From positions 30,773 to 94,772 of the IMG/VR virus record IMGVR_UViG_3300042349_000541: 64,000 nt of DNA. One strand, 5' to 3'. Of this stretch, positions 40,329 through 52,490 are shown one piece after another. The notes under the pieces were generated by a model. That model was given only the letters and a program-made list of their open reading frames with translations. It was not told where the DNA came from and did no database searches. The DNA comes from a virus. Taxonomy: Duplodnaviria > Heunggongvirae > Uroviricota > Caudoviricetes. Both the position numbers and the translations under genes were made by a program. Numbering within the stretch: position 1 is the stretch's first letter; each line of letters opens with the position of its first letter.

Positions 40329-40670
40329 ATGATTGTTTATAGAATAGAAAAAAATGGTCTCGGGCCTTATCGCGGCTCCTCTGGAAATACTGCTAAACTT
40401 TATAGTAAACTTTGGAAACATCATGAATGCCATAGACATCCTACACCTATTAATGATGGCATAAAAGATTTTCGGCCTAACGATCATATTTTTGGATTTT
40501 CTTCCTTAGAACAACTAAAGAAATGGTTTCTTGGATCAAGGGCGGAACTTCGAAGAAACGGATACCTTATGGTATCATATGATGTATCGCCCCAAGAAAT
40601 TTTACATGGAAATCTACAGGTTGTATTTCCAAAAAATAGTTATAAACTTAAAACTACAAGGATTCCTTAA
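40329..40670 (+). CDS. Hypothetical protein, possible ADP-ribosyltransferase-like fold
   Basis: VYRIE...FGFSS...QVVF spacing is reminiscent of the R-S-E pattern; weak. Confidence 0.3.
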   Translation: MIVYRIEKNGLGPYRGSSGNTAKLYSKLWKHHECHRHPTPINDGIKDFRPNDHIFGFSSLEQLKKWFLGSRAELRRNGYLMVSYDVSPQEILHGNLQVVFPKNSYKLKTTRIP

Positions 40671-40671
40671 A

Positions 40672-43600
40672 ATGACAACTTTTACAAAAGAAGAAGAACT
40701 ACAATTTACTACAGCCAATGTAATCGCTTATGATTTATTGCGATTCAATGATCCTGAAACTACTCATCCTTGCTGGCTTTGCATGAGTGATGCAGCTAAA
40801 TATGAAGCAAGACTTAATACTGTAGAATGGCTAAATATAAATGCTAATCCCCTATTTCCTGTAAATTATAAAACACTGGATGCTTTTTGCGAGCTAAAAT
40901 TCAAGGATGCAACAAAGGATTTGGTTGAAAAATGGAAGGATGTAGAGCTTGCTGCTAAAAAAGAAAGGGAATTAAATAATCCTCTGGCTTTTTTTATGTT
41001 CAATAAGCCGCATAAGGATTAATATGACAAATAAAATTTATATAAAATCTTCAAAAAGCTATGAAACAATGCAAGAACAGGCAAGGCTTTTATTAGAAGG
41101 TAAAATTGAAGACGATGGAGATGATGAAGTTTTGGATATTGCTATTCTTATGGCTTACCAAAATGACTTAGATGTATTGTTTATCCGTTATGATAAAGAA
41201 ATTACTCCTGAAACGGCTTACAATATACGATATGGTAACGGATATAGAATTAGACCCTCTCTCTAGAATTTATAAAGGAACTTGTAATAATGAAAAATTT
41301 TAAAATTGGAGATTCTATCGCCTTACAATTTTCAAGTCATTACAAAATACTTAGAATACAAAAGATTACCAATTTTACAATTTTATTGGAATCTAGTTTA
41401 ATTTTAAGTCACGATTTAAAGCCTCTAGCAAATGTACCACATGGATTTGTTTGTGCTACAGAAGTTACAGAAGAAATTAAAAAGTCTGTCAAGAAATATA
41501 AAAGGCAAATGTTTTTAAATAATTATTTAAAACCTGAAAAGTTACATCTTATTGAAAATTTGAATGATGAAGATTTAAATACAATGTGTGCAATTATAAG
41601 AAGAATGAAAAATTTTACAGCAAAGCCAAAATTGTCTTGACAAATATTCGAACCGTGCTAAAATGATTACATTACCGGGGGGTGGCTTAGCCGATATCGT
41701 CGGACTCATTAATATGGTACAAGCATCTTTAATTCAAAAGCTTCGAAGGCCCGAGGGATTAGCTGCTTCTATTCATAGAAGTGATCTAGAGAATTATGCA
41801 GTAATTTTAACTATTCTTAGTCAATATATCATTGGTGAAAAATTAGAATCACGCCATAGAACTGGCGGCGATTGGACTAAATGTTCTGATCTTCCCGCTG
41901 ATTTTGTCGGATATTCTTACAGAGTTGTTTATGAAGATACAGGAGATTCACATGAATGAAAAAATCAAAGTAACAATTGATCGTAGTAAATGGAGAACTG
42001 GTGGTAACTACCCTAGTGCTACCGGAACTGGCCTCCTTACCAGACTTTTGAATGATGAAGGGTCTATGTGTTGTCTTGGGTTTTGTTGTAAAGCCGCTGG
42101 TTGTTCTGACAAAGATATAAGGTATATGACAACACCAGCAGATATTTATCGTCGTAATCCTGATTATTCATCGCTCGGATCAACTGTTTCTTTTTTACTT
42201 TTCGATACTTTTTGTTCTGAAAAAGATGGATACAGTTGGGTTAAAGATTCATCACTTGTATATTCTGCCGTACAAATAAACGATGGAACTCTACCTAGAG
42301 AATCTAAAGAACAAAGACTTCTAGAATTATTCAAAGATTCTAGTTTTGAAATAGAATTTACGGGCGAATATACGGACTTTCATTACTAAAATAAGGACTG
42401 AATCAATGAATTATGCAGTTAAATTTGCTTATGATGTTATTGACATGCAAAAAGAAATTACTTTCTTAAGAAATGAAGTCGAGGAACTTAAAAAATATAA
42501 AGAAATGTACGAAAAAGAACTCAATGCATCTCTTGAGCACGCAAGATATATGGCTGGCTCTCAATTGAAAATGCTTCTAACTCCGGGAGTTTTAGATAAT
42601 TTGCAGGAAGCCATTGTAAATGAAAGAAGTTAATAAAATGACACGTAAAGATCGCATTACTGGTTACATTGCTAGATGGATCGTAGTAAATATTGCTTCT
42701 CGTATTAACTCAATTGCAGTGATTTCATTATGTTTAGAAGTGGCTCGTTTATACAACAAAGAGAGTGAAAAATAATGAAAATCATGACTGTATCTGACCT
42801 AATTAAGTTTCTCAATACTATTCCTCATGATACTAAAATTAGTGTTTTGAAGGAAATGGTCTTGCCTTGGAGGGTTGAAACTGTTTTTTCTCATGTTGAA
42901 AATGAAAGCAGCTTTAGCCTTGTTGACGGAATTGATTACTTTTCAGATAATAAAACAATATATTTTGGAAAAAGGGGTTAAAAAATGTTTTATACTTTTA
43001 AGCAAAAACAATCCGGTGGAAATTTTTACGGCCCTTTGTATGTAATCATTGAGGCTGATAATGCCAATGAAGCAAATTATATCGCAGAAAACAATCCAGA
43101 TACAACTATTTACTTTCATGGTTGTAGCACTGGGGTTGACTGTAGATGCTGCGGTGATCGTTGGAGCGAAACTTACGAAGGATGCGGAACATCTTCTCCG
43201 GAAATTTACGGAAATACCGACATTGAATCTTGTACTGCCAGTGTTTTAGTTATTCGTCGAGGATATGTAAAACATAAAAATTCTTCTAATGAACAGCACG
43301 AAAAGATTATAAATGTACTGTCGGATTCTAGTATCGTATGGACTAAGTATGGTTCTGAGACAATTGAAGAACTTGCGGAAAAAATCCTGCGGGCCTTGAC
43401 AAATTAATTTGTTGTGTTATAATAATACGAAAGGAATAAAATGCTAGATATTACAATTGGTCCAACAAGACGCAAAAGATTTGTTTTATGCGGAAAAAAC
43501 GAATATAATCGTAGTTCTAATTATTTTTGCTTTGATTTTGACGTTACATATAATAGTCACGGCAATATTGAAGTTAAAATTGATAAAACATGTTCATCAT

Positions 43601-44381
43601 TTGTACCTTTTTTCCGCAGTAATACTTATGTATTCGACCGTAGCGGTGTTTGCATATCTCATCCCCCAAGCAAAAAATATCGTCTTCATAAAGTAAATGC
43701 AATGCTAGTTGATTCTCACACGTAAATTAAAAGGGCATCGCGACGATGTGGGGCAAGAACTTCCGCATGAATGGCGAGACGTTTGTTTTTACTCGCTGTC
43801 GCACCGATGGCGATGAATGGATGGGCGATGGGTCTCGACTCAAGATCGTCTCAGGCAAGGGCGATGATCTAGTATCTATTAAAGAGGCGGCAATTAATAA
43901 TACCTATGGTACTTTAGAAATTGTTAGGATTTAAATAATGAAATACATATCAATATCGATACTAGATATATTTGAAGGTAATACAATAGATCAAGCTATA
44001 GAAGAACTAAAAAAGCTAAAAGAAAAACATCCTGATGATATTTTTTATGTTGAAATTGTAGATAATTCCTATGATTGGGAAAATGGCTACAAACTCTATT
44101 TGCCAGAAAAATAAAAAGTCTCTTGACAAGCAAAATCCTTCGGGTATAATAACACCATGCAAGTAATAAATGAAGATGTAACAATTAATGTTCGATGTAA
44201 AGCGTTTAGCGGTGAGGGAGTTCAAGAACATTCTATTTTAATAGATACGCTCGGCAAAGTTTTGGTTTGGGACTCGCTTGCCGGGTATTATACTAGCTGT
44301 CATTCGCTTTCTCCAAAAATGAAAGCTAGAATACGTCGCAGGGCTGTAGATATTTATTTTTCCAACGTTACTTATTATTAG
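40672..44381 (+). other. Run of about 12 small hypothetical ORFs
   Basis: 40672-41022, 41024-41266, 41290-41640, 41663-41959, 41952-42389, 42406-42633, 42775-42981, 42985-43407 (DCRCCGDRW), 43441-43725, 43746-43934, 43938-44114, 44157-44381. Confidence 0.7.
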
Positions 44382-44392
44382 AAAGAAAAAAC

Positions 44393-44755
44393 ATGTTTAA
44401 ACTTCCAAGAACAAAACAAAGAGTATTCAACAAAGTTGTTAGACATTTGCTTAAACAGAATGAACGATCTATCATTGATCATTCTTGTCAATATCGCGGA
44501 CCTAACGGAGCGATGTGTGCTGCGGGATGTTTAATTTCTGACGAATATTACCGTAAGTCAATAGAGGGCCAAACATGGACTGTTCTTGTTAAAAATAAAG
44601 CTGTTCCTGCAAACCATGTCGATTTTATTCGTCATTTACAAAGAATCCATGATGGTGTAGATGTTGACCACTGGCCGGATAGACTTAAAGAACTCGGTCT
44701 AAAATACAATCTAGATGTATCATGCGTTGAAAAACACAGAAGGGATAAATCTTGA
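44393..44755 (+). CDS. Paralogue family A, copy 2
   Basis: CQYRGPNGAMCAAGCLISD...LQRIHD. Confidence 0.8.
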   Translation: MFKLPRTKQRVFNKVVRHLLKQNERSIIDHSCQYRGPNGAMCAAGCLISDEYYRKSIEGQTWTVLVKNKAVPANHVDFIRHLQRIHDGVDVDHWPDRLKELGLKYNLDVSCVEKHRRDKS

Positions 44756-46769
44756 TTTTACTTAAATATACTTTGTCTAAGATTTCTCTTTATGCTGCTT
44801 TAGTTATATTCGTATATTCATCAGTATATTTTTATAGGCAGCAAGCAAGAGAATTTTACCAAGACAGATTTTTTGCGTGTTCCACTGTATGTAGCATTGC
44901 ACTAATTTGTTTTTCAGCAGAAATAAATCCCGAATAACTCTTTACATTCTGATAAAGTCATCTAGAATAATCACGAAAGAAAAAACATGCAAGAAGAATT
45001 TTACAAAAAAAAGCTTGAAACTTTTCCTGTTTATTTAGCACAATATATATCAAAAAAGCTTGATATTGTTCATTCGGATATTATTAACGAAGAATCTGAA
45101 TTTTCCAAAGAATTTTACCGAGGTTATGTTACGGCTTGCGATAATATTTTATCGGCCTCGACAAATTATTTTACCGAAGCTGGAAATAAATTTGTTGACG
45201 AAATAGAAAAATCAGGTATAATAAATCATTAAGAGGATCAAATCAAATCTCATGGCTGCTTATACTTTCATCAAATCTCGCAAAGTCATGAAAGTTGAAA
45301 TTATAAATCAGCTTTTAAATGATTTGAATAATAAATTTTTCAAAAATTGTTTATCATTTGAATTCGATGACAAAAAAATTTTTTGGCTTATTAGGATTGG
45401 CAAATATGACACCCGCACTTTTTGCCTTAATACAAGCAGAACATTAGAATTTCGTCATGGAGGTGGATATGATTTTACTTGGTGGGTTAGCGCAGTTATA
45501 TTAATATCTTTGACTGATCGTTTCGACGGAAGGATAGAGGACTGTTCGGGTAATTGGGAACTTAAAATTGACGATATCGATACTTATCCAAAATATTTCA
45601 AGTATTGTTACGGAAATTCAAGGTATATAAAGAATTTGATTGAAATTAAAATAGAAGAAATGGAGATTAATGAATTACCTAAGGAATTCATCGATATCGC
45701 GAAATGAAAAGTGGTATCTACGGAAAACCTGTTGGGAATTGTTTGTTGATGGCTAGGATTGATAATGAAAGATGGATTATTCGCGGGTTTTTCAAGGGGC
45801 AAGATGAAAAGCTTTATGTTTGGGCAATCCGAAGTTTTGAATGTATTGAAACCTTGAAGTTGGCAGAACAAGAATGCTTCCATATAAGTTATACTTCGTC
45901 TAGTTTTGAGTTTTTATCTAATAAAGAATTATTGGAGAATTTAATATGAAAACTTTGATTATTTACAATGATATTGAAAATCCACTTCGTTATATTATTA
46001 TTGAAGGTGATTACTCTAGATGGAACGATGTAACTGTAAATGCAGTTCAAGGAACAGGATTTGAAAGAGAATTTTGTGACTGGATGTGGCATGAATCCGG
46101 AGTAGAAAAACACGATTCATGGTCTACTGACGTTTCAGTTATTGAATCCAAGCAATGGGACAAAGTAGCTGTTTGCACTTTTTTACCTTAAAGTAAAATT
46201 TATGATTCTATACCAAGACGAATTCCTTTTTCTAAAACAGGAAGATACTTTTAGATTTAGCGTCATCTGCAAAAAACCGTATGGAAAGATAAAAATTTAC
46301 GAAATGTCTAGTGAAAATGCTTTACAAACGTTTCACGAAGAGTATAATGATCTTTTAGAATATATGTTAAACGATTTGTGCAATCAAGAAAAAAATATTT
46401 TTAGCATAGGAGAAAAATATGCAGATTTCAATGGATAAAAATTATCAAACTCGGGATGGACAAAAGGTAAAAATTTATTCTTTAGAAGGAAATTTTGATA
46501 ATAAAATTCATGGTGCATTTCTTAGTCATGGTAAATGGCGTGCATTGCAATGGCATAAAGATGGTAAATTTTACATAGATCTTACTGACGGTCTTGATCT
46601 AGCCGAAACTAAAGAAAGAAAAAAGATCGAAGGGTGGGTGAATGTAGACCAAGACGGATCTGCGAGTGGTATTTATCGAAGCCATACTGTTGCTTCCTTG
46701 CATTCTCACTTAAATAGATTCGCCTGTGTTAAAGTAACAATTGATTGTGAAAAAGGAGAAGGATTATAG
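44752..46769 (+). other. Run of 7 small hypothetical ORFs
   Basis: 44752-44937, 44987-45232, 45252-45707, 45704-45949, 45946-46191, 46202-46438, 46419-46769. Confidence 0.7.
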
Positions 46770-46780
46770 AAAGGAAAAAT

Positions 46781-47905
46781 TTAATCTATGGTAGCACAGC
46801 ATTTAAACACTGGTTGCCAGAACTAAAAAGAACTCCGAAAGATTTAGATTTCATCGGGCCGGGCGAAAACTCTAAAGGCATAGAATATTTTATGCATACG
46901 GGCCTACAATATGTTCTAGATAATAACATTGATGATACATACGTAGACCTAAATTTTTTATATACTATCAAATGTAGTCACCTGCATTATGATATTAATT
47001 GGGATAAACATTGTATAGACGTAATGTTTATGCAATCCCACGGAGCTACAATAGATAATACGTTGTACAGCCTGCTGATGAAGGATTGGGAAGTTATTCA
47101 CGGCCCGAAGAAACTAAATCTCAATCAAGACCCCAAGGACTTCTTCACTCCGCACGTTGACCGAAAGATCGATCATGATGAATTGCACAGTCTAATCGCG
47201 TTCTACGACGAGCCGATGTTCAAAAAAATCTTGATGGACGGAAAAAAAGTCTTGACAGATAAGCATAAGTGGGATAGAATATCGGACGAAGACAAAATGA
47301 TTTGCATTCTTGAGGAAGTATACGTTACTGCTTTCGAGAGATGGCCGAGTTATCCGGAGATGCTTGTGGAGAAAATAATCATGCAAACAGTACAAAATCA
47401 TCCAAGAACCTCAAATTTTGTTCAAAGAGGTAAAGTGATGACGTTTAGAGAATTGCCTCAAACCGCACAAGATGCGTTGATTCACTATATGTCAGTTGAC
47501 GGTGCTGCGTGGGCAGTCAGTGATGGATGGGAAGATTGGAAATGGGGAGAAGGTCAACCTTTTACGCTTGAAGTTCGTGCAGAAGTATTATCAGACATTG
47601 AAAAATTCAGGGATAGATTCATTGAAGAATACGGAAACACCAAATTCGGCTATGTTATTGTTCCTTATGAGGAACTAATCGAAGCTGTGAATGGCGATGA
47701 TGTGTTCAATGGAGAAAGTAGAAAATATGAGCCTTGGACTTGTATGCAGGAGGGTGCTTGCACAAAAATCAAGGGAGAATACGATGTTCCAACTTGGCCT
47801 GTAATTCTGTCGGGGTTTCATGATGAAACTTTGCAAGACGGTTGGAATCGACTTGCAAATTATTGTAAACAGAAATTGCCTGTCCCTGTTGTTTGGTACG
47901 AATGA
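46781..47905 (+). CDS. Chimeric ORF: nucleotidyltransferase-like N-half fused in frame to a second gene (ATG 47381)
   Basis: LIYGSTA...PKDLDF motif at 46781 with no ATG; internal promoter at 47252 and RBS GGAG before ATG 47381. Confidence 0.5.
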   Translation, partial: LIYGSTAFKHWLPELKRTPKDLDFIGPGENSKGIEYFMHTGLQYVLDNNIDDTYVDLNFLYTIKCSHLHYDINWDKHCIDVMFMQSHGATIDNTLYSLLMKDWEVIHGPKKLNLNQDPKDFFTPHVDRKIDHDELHSLIAFYDEPMFKKILMDGKKVLTDKHKWDRISDEDKMICILEEVYVTAFERWPSYPEMLVEKIIMQTVQNHPRTSNFVQRGKVMTFRELPQTAQDALIHYMSVDGAAWAVSDGWEDWKWGEGQPFTLEVRAEVLSDIEKFRDRFIEEYGNTKFGYVIVPYEELIEAVNGDDVFNGESRKYEPWTCMQEGACTKIKGEYDVPTWPVILSGFHDETLQDGWNRLANYCKQKLPVPVVWYE

Positions 47906-48379
47906 ACAACAGTACCCCTTTGGTGCATATGCTAAAATCCAAGGGAATTAAATTATATTGTGTTTCACTTAGTAAGAATGAATATTTTAAATATGCTATT
48001 ACGCATATGAAAGAATTATTTAATCATTCTAGTAATAGTTATTTCGTTAATAAAATAAGGAGAATAAAAAATGATTACAATGCAAGAAATTGAAGGTCTT
48101 ATTGAAGGTGATATCAATGAATTTCTTGGCGAAGTTGATTATGATGATAATTCATTTGAAAACTTTAATTTCGAAGTCGTTGAACAGTTTGGCGGCGAAG
48201 GAAAGGGCGATCATTGTTACTACGTAATTAAGTTTACTAGAAAATCAGATTCGGAAGATTTTGTTTATGTACAATTTAACGGGTATTATGATTCCTATAA
48301 TGGATCAGATTATTCCTACGGTAATAGTTATATTGTAGAACCATACGAAAAAACTATCAGAGCTTGGAGGCAGGTATGA
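47902..48379 (+). other. Two small hypothetical ORFs
   Basis: 47902-48093 and 48071-48379 (acidic). Confidence 0.65.
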
Positions 48380-48735
48380 TTCAAATCCCACAAGACCCGC
48401 AGGTTGTATTTGATATCGTTGTAGAACATGCTTTAAGGCAAAATTGCCGTTCTGCCGATCCTGATAATCCTAACGACTGTATGTATCGTGGGCCTAATGG
48501 CACAAAATGTTTTGCTGGAGCATTAATTCCTGATGATAAATATTTACCTAGTTTTGAAGGAAGAAGCTGGATAACATTGATTGCGAGGGGTTCTGTTGAA
48601 AGTCATAACAGAGAACTTATTAATGCGCTTCAGGAAATTCATGACTCCTACATTACTGAAAGATGGCCAGAAAAACTTCGAGAACTTGGCAAAGAAAAAG
48701 GTTTAAATGTTGACAAACTGACTCCCACAGAGTAA
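48376..48735 (+). CDS. Paralogue family A, copy 3
   Basis: CMYRGPNGTKCFAGALIPD...LQEIHD. Confidence 0.8.
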   Translation: MIQIPQDPQVVFDIVVEHALRQNCRSADPDNPNDCMYRGPNGTKCFAGALIPDDKYLPSFEGRSWITLIARGSVESHNRELINALQEIHDSYITERWPEKLRELGKEKGLNVDKLTPTE

Positions 48736-48744
48736 AATAATGCC

Positions 48745-50513
48745 ATGAAAGCAAAATATTATATCTACTGGAATATCCATTTGAAGTGTTTTTCGGTAAG
48801 ATATCGAGGAAAAGTCATCGGGCATCATACTGCAATACTTGCAAAGAATGCTACTTTTAGCGTTTCGAAAAAAGGCCGCGAACGTGTGCTGCGTGAACAA
48901 TCTAAAAACGTACATGCTTTTGTTGTTGCAGAAGAAATCTTTACGGGATTTGATGCTTTTTCTTCCTATGAAGAACAAGTAGATCCTGTAGAGGCAAAAT
49001 ATAATCCATATAAGTATTCTACGTTTGTTGATTCTAATGGTAATGAAATCACTAAGGCTGGAGCCGTATATATGGCGGAAGACTTGGGAAAACCACAACT
49101 TTTAGTTTTTGGAGCACAAGAAAGATAAAAAATGGATGAAAGAACAAAACTATGCGTTCAATTAGCGAGCGAATGCGCAGAAATTTTAGATGATAAACTA
49201 AAAGAAATTGGACAGATATTAGAACCTCACATGGAAACAAGTCACTTTTTCTCTGTTTTGGATAATATTATGAAATTTCTGGTTTTAAGCTCTCAAATGA
49301 AAAAGTCTATAAATGAAAAAATCCAAATGATGAAAGGTGAAAATGAATAAACTACATCAAAAAGATGATTTTGAATTTATGTTTTCTTTATTTTTTATTA
49401 CATTAATGCTTACTAACGTTGTATCTGTATACTCTGCAAAATATATGGGCGAAAAAGATATAAAAAAACAAGCAATAGAAAACAATGCAGCAGAATACGT
49501 AGTTGATAAAGACGGTAAAGTAACTTTTAAATGGAAGGGACAAAATGAATAAACTTGAAACTGAACTATCTTGTGAAGTCGATGATATGATTCGCTGTAT
49601 CGCGAGAGATACAGGTAAAGACTATGCCGTAGTTGAACTTGCTATGTTCAAAGAATATCTATACCCAGAAAGCAACAAAACTTTTGTAACAACTAAATTC
49701 GGAAGAGATAAAGCAAAAAATAGCTGGCTTTATGCCAGTATCTATCGTATATTAGATGAAAACGGGATCGAGTCAATTAATATCACTAATGCTATTTAAG
49801 GTAAAAAAATGAAGATCACTCCAACAGAAAATTTTTCAGAAGAATTTTGGGCTTATAATCTTCCGCTTCAAATTTATGAAGCTGAATCTGACGACGAACT
49901 AGAAGATGAAGAATCAAAATTATATGGCATACTAAACTATATGCCACGCAATGATACAGTTTGCTATATTGAAGAAGTAATGACAAAAGAAGAAATGCAA
50001 AATCTTTGTAAAAATTCTGCCGAAATACTTAGAAATCTAGCTGGCTTATTTGATGCTTTTGCGGAAGGTAAAATAGGACACATATATTATCCTGATAGGC
50101 CCGTCTCTGAGGCAATCGAAGAATTTAGCAAAACGGCAGACTGCAAATAACCAGTAACGGTATAATATTAAGACAGGCGAGTGGTCTTGGATGGAGAAAT
50201 TTTCTCAAAAGTAACTTCCGAAATTGAAAAATTTTCTATTGACACTGAGGAATATCCTGTTAAAATGTACATGTTGAAACTATTTAGGTAATAAAAAGGA
50301 TATTAGAAAATGTCAAAAAAACACTTTATAACATTGAGTAATGCCGTAATTCTTTTTTTTGAAGAAGAACCTGAGTCTCAAAGTTTAAGTTTCGGTGTTT
50401 GGGATAATCATAATGATCGACCTGATTGTTATATAGGCGAGCTTAAAAATTGGAGCGTTGAAATATGCGGAAGCGTAGATCTTTTACTTGATGAGTTAAT
50501 AAAGGAAAACTAA
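48745..50513 (+). other. Run of 6 hypothetical ORFs
   Basis: 48745-49128 (GRERVLREQSKNVHAFV motif), 49132-49350, 49337-49552 (TM), 49545-49799, 49809-50150, 50310-50513. Confidence 0.7.
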
Positions 50514-50514
50514 C

Positions 50515-50916
50515 ATGACGTATGTATATAAAATTGGTAAGGAATTTTTACTTCGTAATGGTATTACAGCTACGGTTATTGATACTGACTTTGGCCGTCA
50601 TATACTTCTTAAGTATAATACCGAAGGCAATTGGTCTACTGTTGAAGTTATGCAAGACGGAAGATCATGTTCTGGTGACACAGACTATGATATAGTCTCA
50701 GAAAAACCTAAATTACTTAAAAAGACTACATATGCCTTTCTTTATCTAATGGAAAATGACAAATTAGAAATTTGGGGTTTGTATGATATTGACGATACCG
50801 ATGAAGCCGATATTGATGCAATAATGAATGTCATTATAAATAATGGATATAAGTTTTACGGTATTTCTAAAGTTTGTTTTGAATCAGACGGGACTAAGAA
50901 AAAGTTAAATTTTTAA
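50515..50916 (+). CDS. Paralogue family B, copy 1
   Basis: Shares GKE, DIxxEKP and the C-terminal SDGTKxxxNF with 53482-53868. Confidence 0.7.
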   Translation: MTYVYKIGKEFLLRNGITATVIDTDFGRHILLKYNTEGNWSTVEVMQDGRSCSGDTDYDIVSEKPKLLKKTTYAFLYLMENDKLEIWGLYDIDDTDEADIDAIMNVIINNGYKFYGISKVCFESDGTKKKLNF

Positions 50917-50955
50917 CTTGACATTTTTACGTGATACGATATAATAACATGTAAT

Positions 50956-51029
50956 GATGCTATAACTCAATTGGTAAGAGTATTCGCCTTTTAAGCGAAA
51001 GGTTGTGAGTTCAAGTCTCACTGGCATCA
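50956..51029 (+). tRNA. tRNA-Lys (TTT)
   Basis: Full cloverleaf, loop CTTTTAA; promoter at 50918. Confidence 0.92.
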
Positions 51030-51031
51030 CT

Positions 51032-51182
51032 GGACAGCAGAATCACAGCTTGTTACACAGGCGTAAGGAAGAACACTGTCTTAGGCTAGAACATAATCAA
51101 CTCTAGTAACATATTGCGTTCCGGGCAGGACGGAACTGGGGGAAATTGATGCCTTCGGAGGCGTGTGTAAGCCAAGCAATAT
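51032..51182 (+). ncRNA. Candidate structured ncRNA between tRNA-Lys and tRNA-Glu
   Basis: Helices GGACAG/CTGTCT, ATATTGC/GCAATAT, GTTCCG/CGGAAC, ATGCC/GGCGT; possible pseudoknot TTACACA/TGTGTAA. Confidence 0.55.
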
Positions 51183-51186
51183 CCAC

Positions 51187-51258
51187 GGCCTATTCGACTT
51201 CTGGTGAGGTCACTAGCCTTTCACGCTAGGCAGGCGGGATCGAAACCCGCATAGGTCA
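51187..51258 (+). tRNA. tRNA-Glu (TTC)
   Basis: Full cloverleaf, loop CTTTCAC. Confidence 0.92.
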
Positions 51259-51261
51259 CTA

Positions 51262-51330
51262 ATAGTTCGTCGCGGCGGCTACTCCGGAAACGCGCAGCCG
51301 GAATATTTGGTTCGACTCCATTGAACTATA
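51262..51330 (+). ncRNA. Degenerate D-armless tRNA-like element
   Basis: ATAGTTCG/TGAACTAT acceptor-like helix, TGG-TTCGACT-CCA T arm, CGGCT/AGCCG stem. Confidence 0.4.
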
Positions 51331-51347
51331 TTTTTAAGGCGTAAACC

Positions 51348-52310
51348 ATGAAAAAATTTTTAACAGTTTATGAAATATCAAGTATGTCAGAAGATGAATT
51401 AAAAAATGTCTATTCTCACACTAAAAAAAATGGACGTTTTAGATGCAGCACTTTAGGCATATACAATGTTAATTTTATAAATTTTGATAACGGAGATAGT
51501 GTTATGGAATGGTCGGAAGAACATGGCGAACCTAGAATTCTTTTAAAACCGAATGAAAAAATTAAAGACATAAACGGTGAATATGATTGCGACTACGAAT
51601 ATTCTTTATATATAAAAACATTTTAGCTTACTATCCAAATATACTTGCATACAGCCTTGGAGAAAACCAAAATGAATATTTTATTGTTTGGCGATATAGA
51701 TCACACATTTAGAATTATATCTTATTTTATATTCGGTTTATTGCTCTTTAATTTGATAATAGGATTTATACCTTACATACTTTCACTTTATAATAATATA
51801 CCATCTTTTGTTGTTCATATACTAGCTTTTACTGCCATATGCTCTGGAGTTAATCTTTTACTCCTCAATTTTAGCTTTTTTTCGCTTCTAGGATTACTAC
51901 CTATCTATCTTGGATGGATTTCAATCAGGAGCCGGATTTCTTCTGGCTGATTCGAAAAAAAATCCCTAAACTGTTGACATCGGGCGAATAGACGTTATAA
52001 TTAAGCCAAAGGATAAAAAATGAACGAACCTGTTAAAATTAATAAAATCAAAGATTCTAAAGCATACCTGTTTTATAATTCAACTGAAATTGGCCTTATT
52101 TCAAACCAGTTAGAATTAGATGACGTAAGGCTGCAAATAGCAAAGCAGAAGCTTAGTGGCTATTATATTATTTTTGCTAACCATGAAGGTTTGCAAGAGA
52201 TAGCTATACGTCCAGACGGTTCTTTAAGTCATTGGCCGAGCGGATTTTTCGACACTCACGGGAAAATACTTGCAGAAATTGTTCGAATAAAAAAGGTTTG
52301 TAACAATTAG
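51348..52310 (+). other. Three hypothetical ORFs
   Basis: 51348-51626, 51672-51950 (multi-TM) and 52020-52310. Confidence 0.7.
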
Positions 52311-52326
52311 CTAACGTTATAAACTG

Positions 52327-52460
52327 GGGGCTTGGATAGACTGGATCTATCGAATTCTACAAAATTAAGATTATTTTGCAAAATAAACTTGACACTGTTC
52401 AGTGGAAGCAGTATAATTCATCCATAAGAATTAGAAGCCGGTTCGATTCCGGCAGTCTCA
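52327..52460 (+). ncRNA. tRNA-shaped RNA with a long insert in place of the anticodon loop (insert contains a sigma70 promoter)
   Basis: GGGGCT/AGTCTC acceptor, GATAGA-CTGGA-TCTATC D-like arm, GCCGG-TTCGATT-CCGGC T arm. Confidence 0.55.
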
Positions 52461-52490
52461 CTTTAAAACTAGGTTTAAAAGGATAACATA

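Noticed and set aside
46740-46800. Programmed -1 frameshift joining 46419-46769 to the next ORF
   Set aside because: The frames overlap for only a few codons and no X XXY YYZ slippery site is in register.
52327-52460. tmRNA
   Set aside because: The ends resemble tmRNA, but the element is only 134 nt with no tag reading frame or pseudoknot series.
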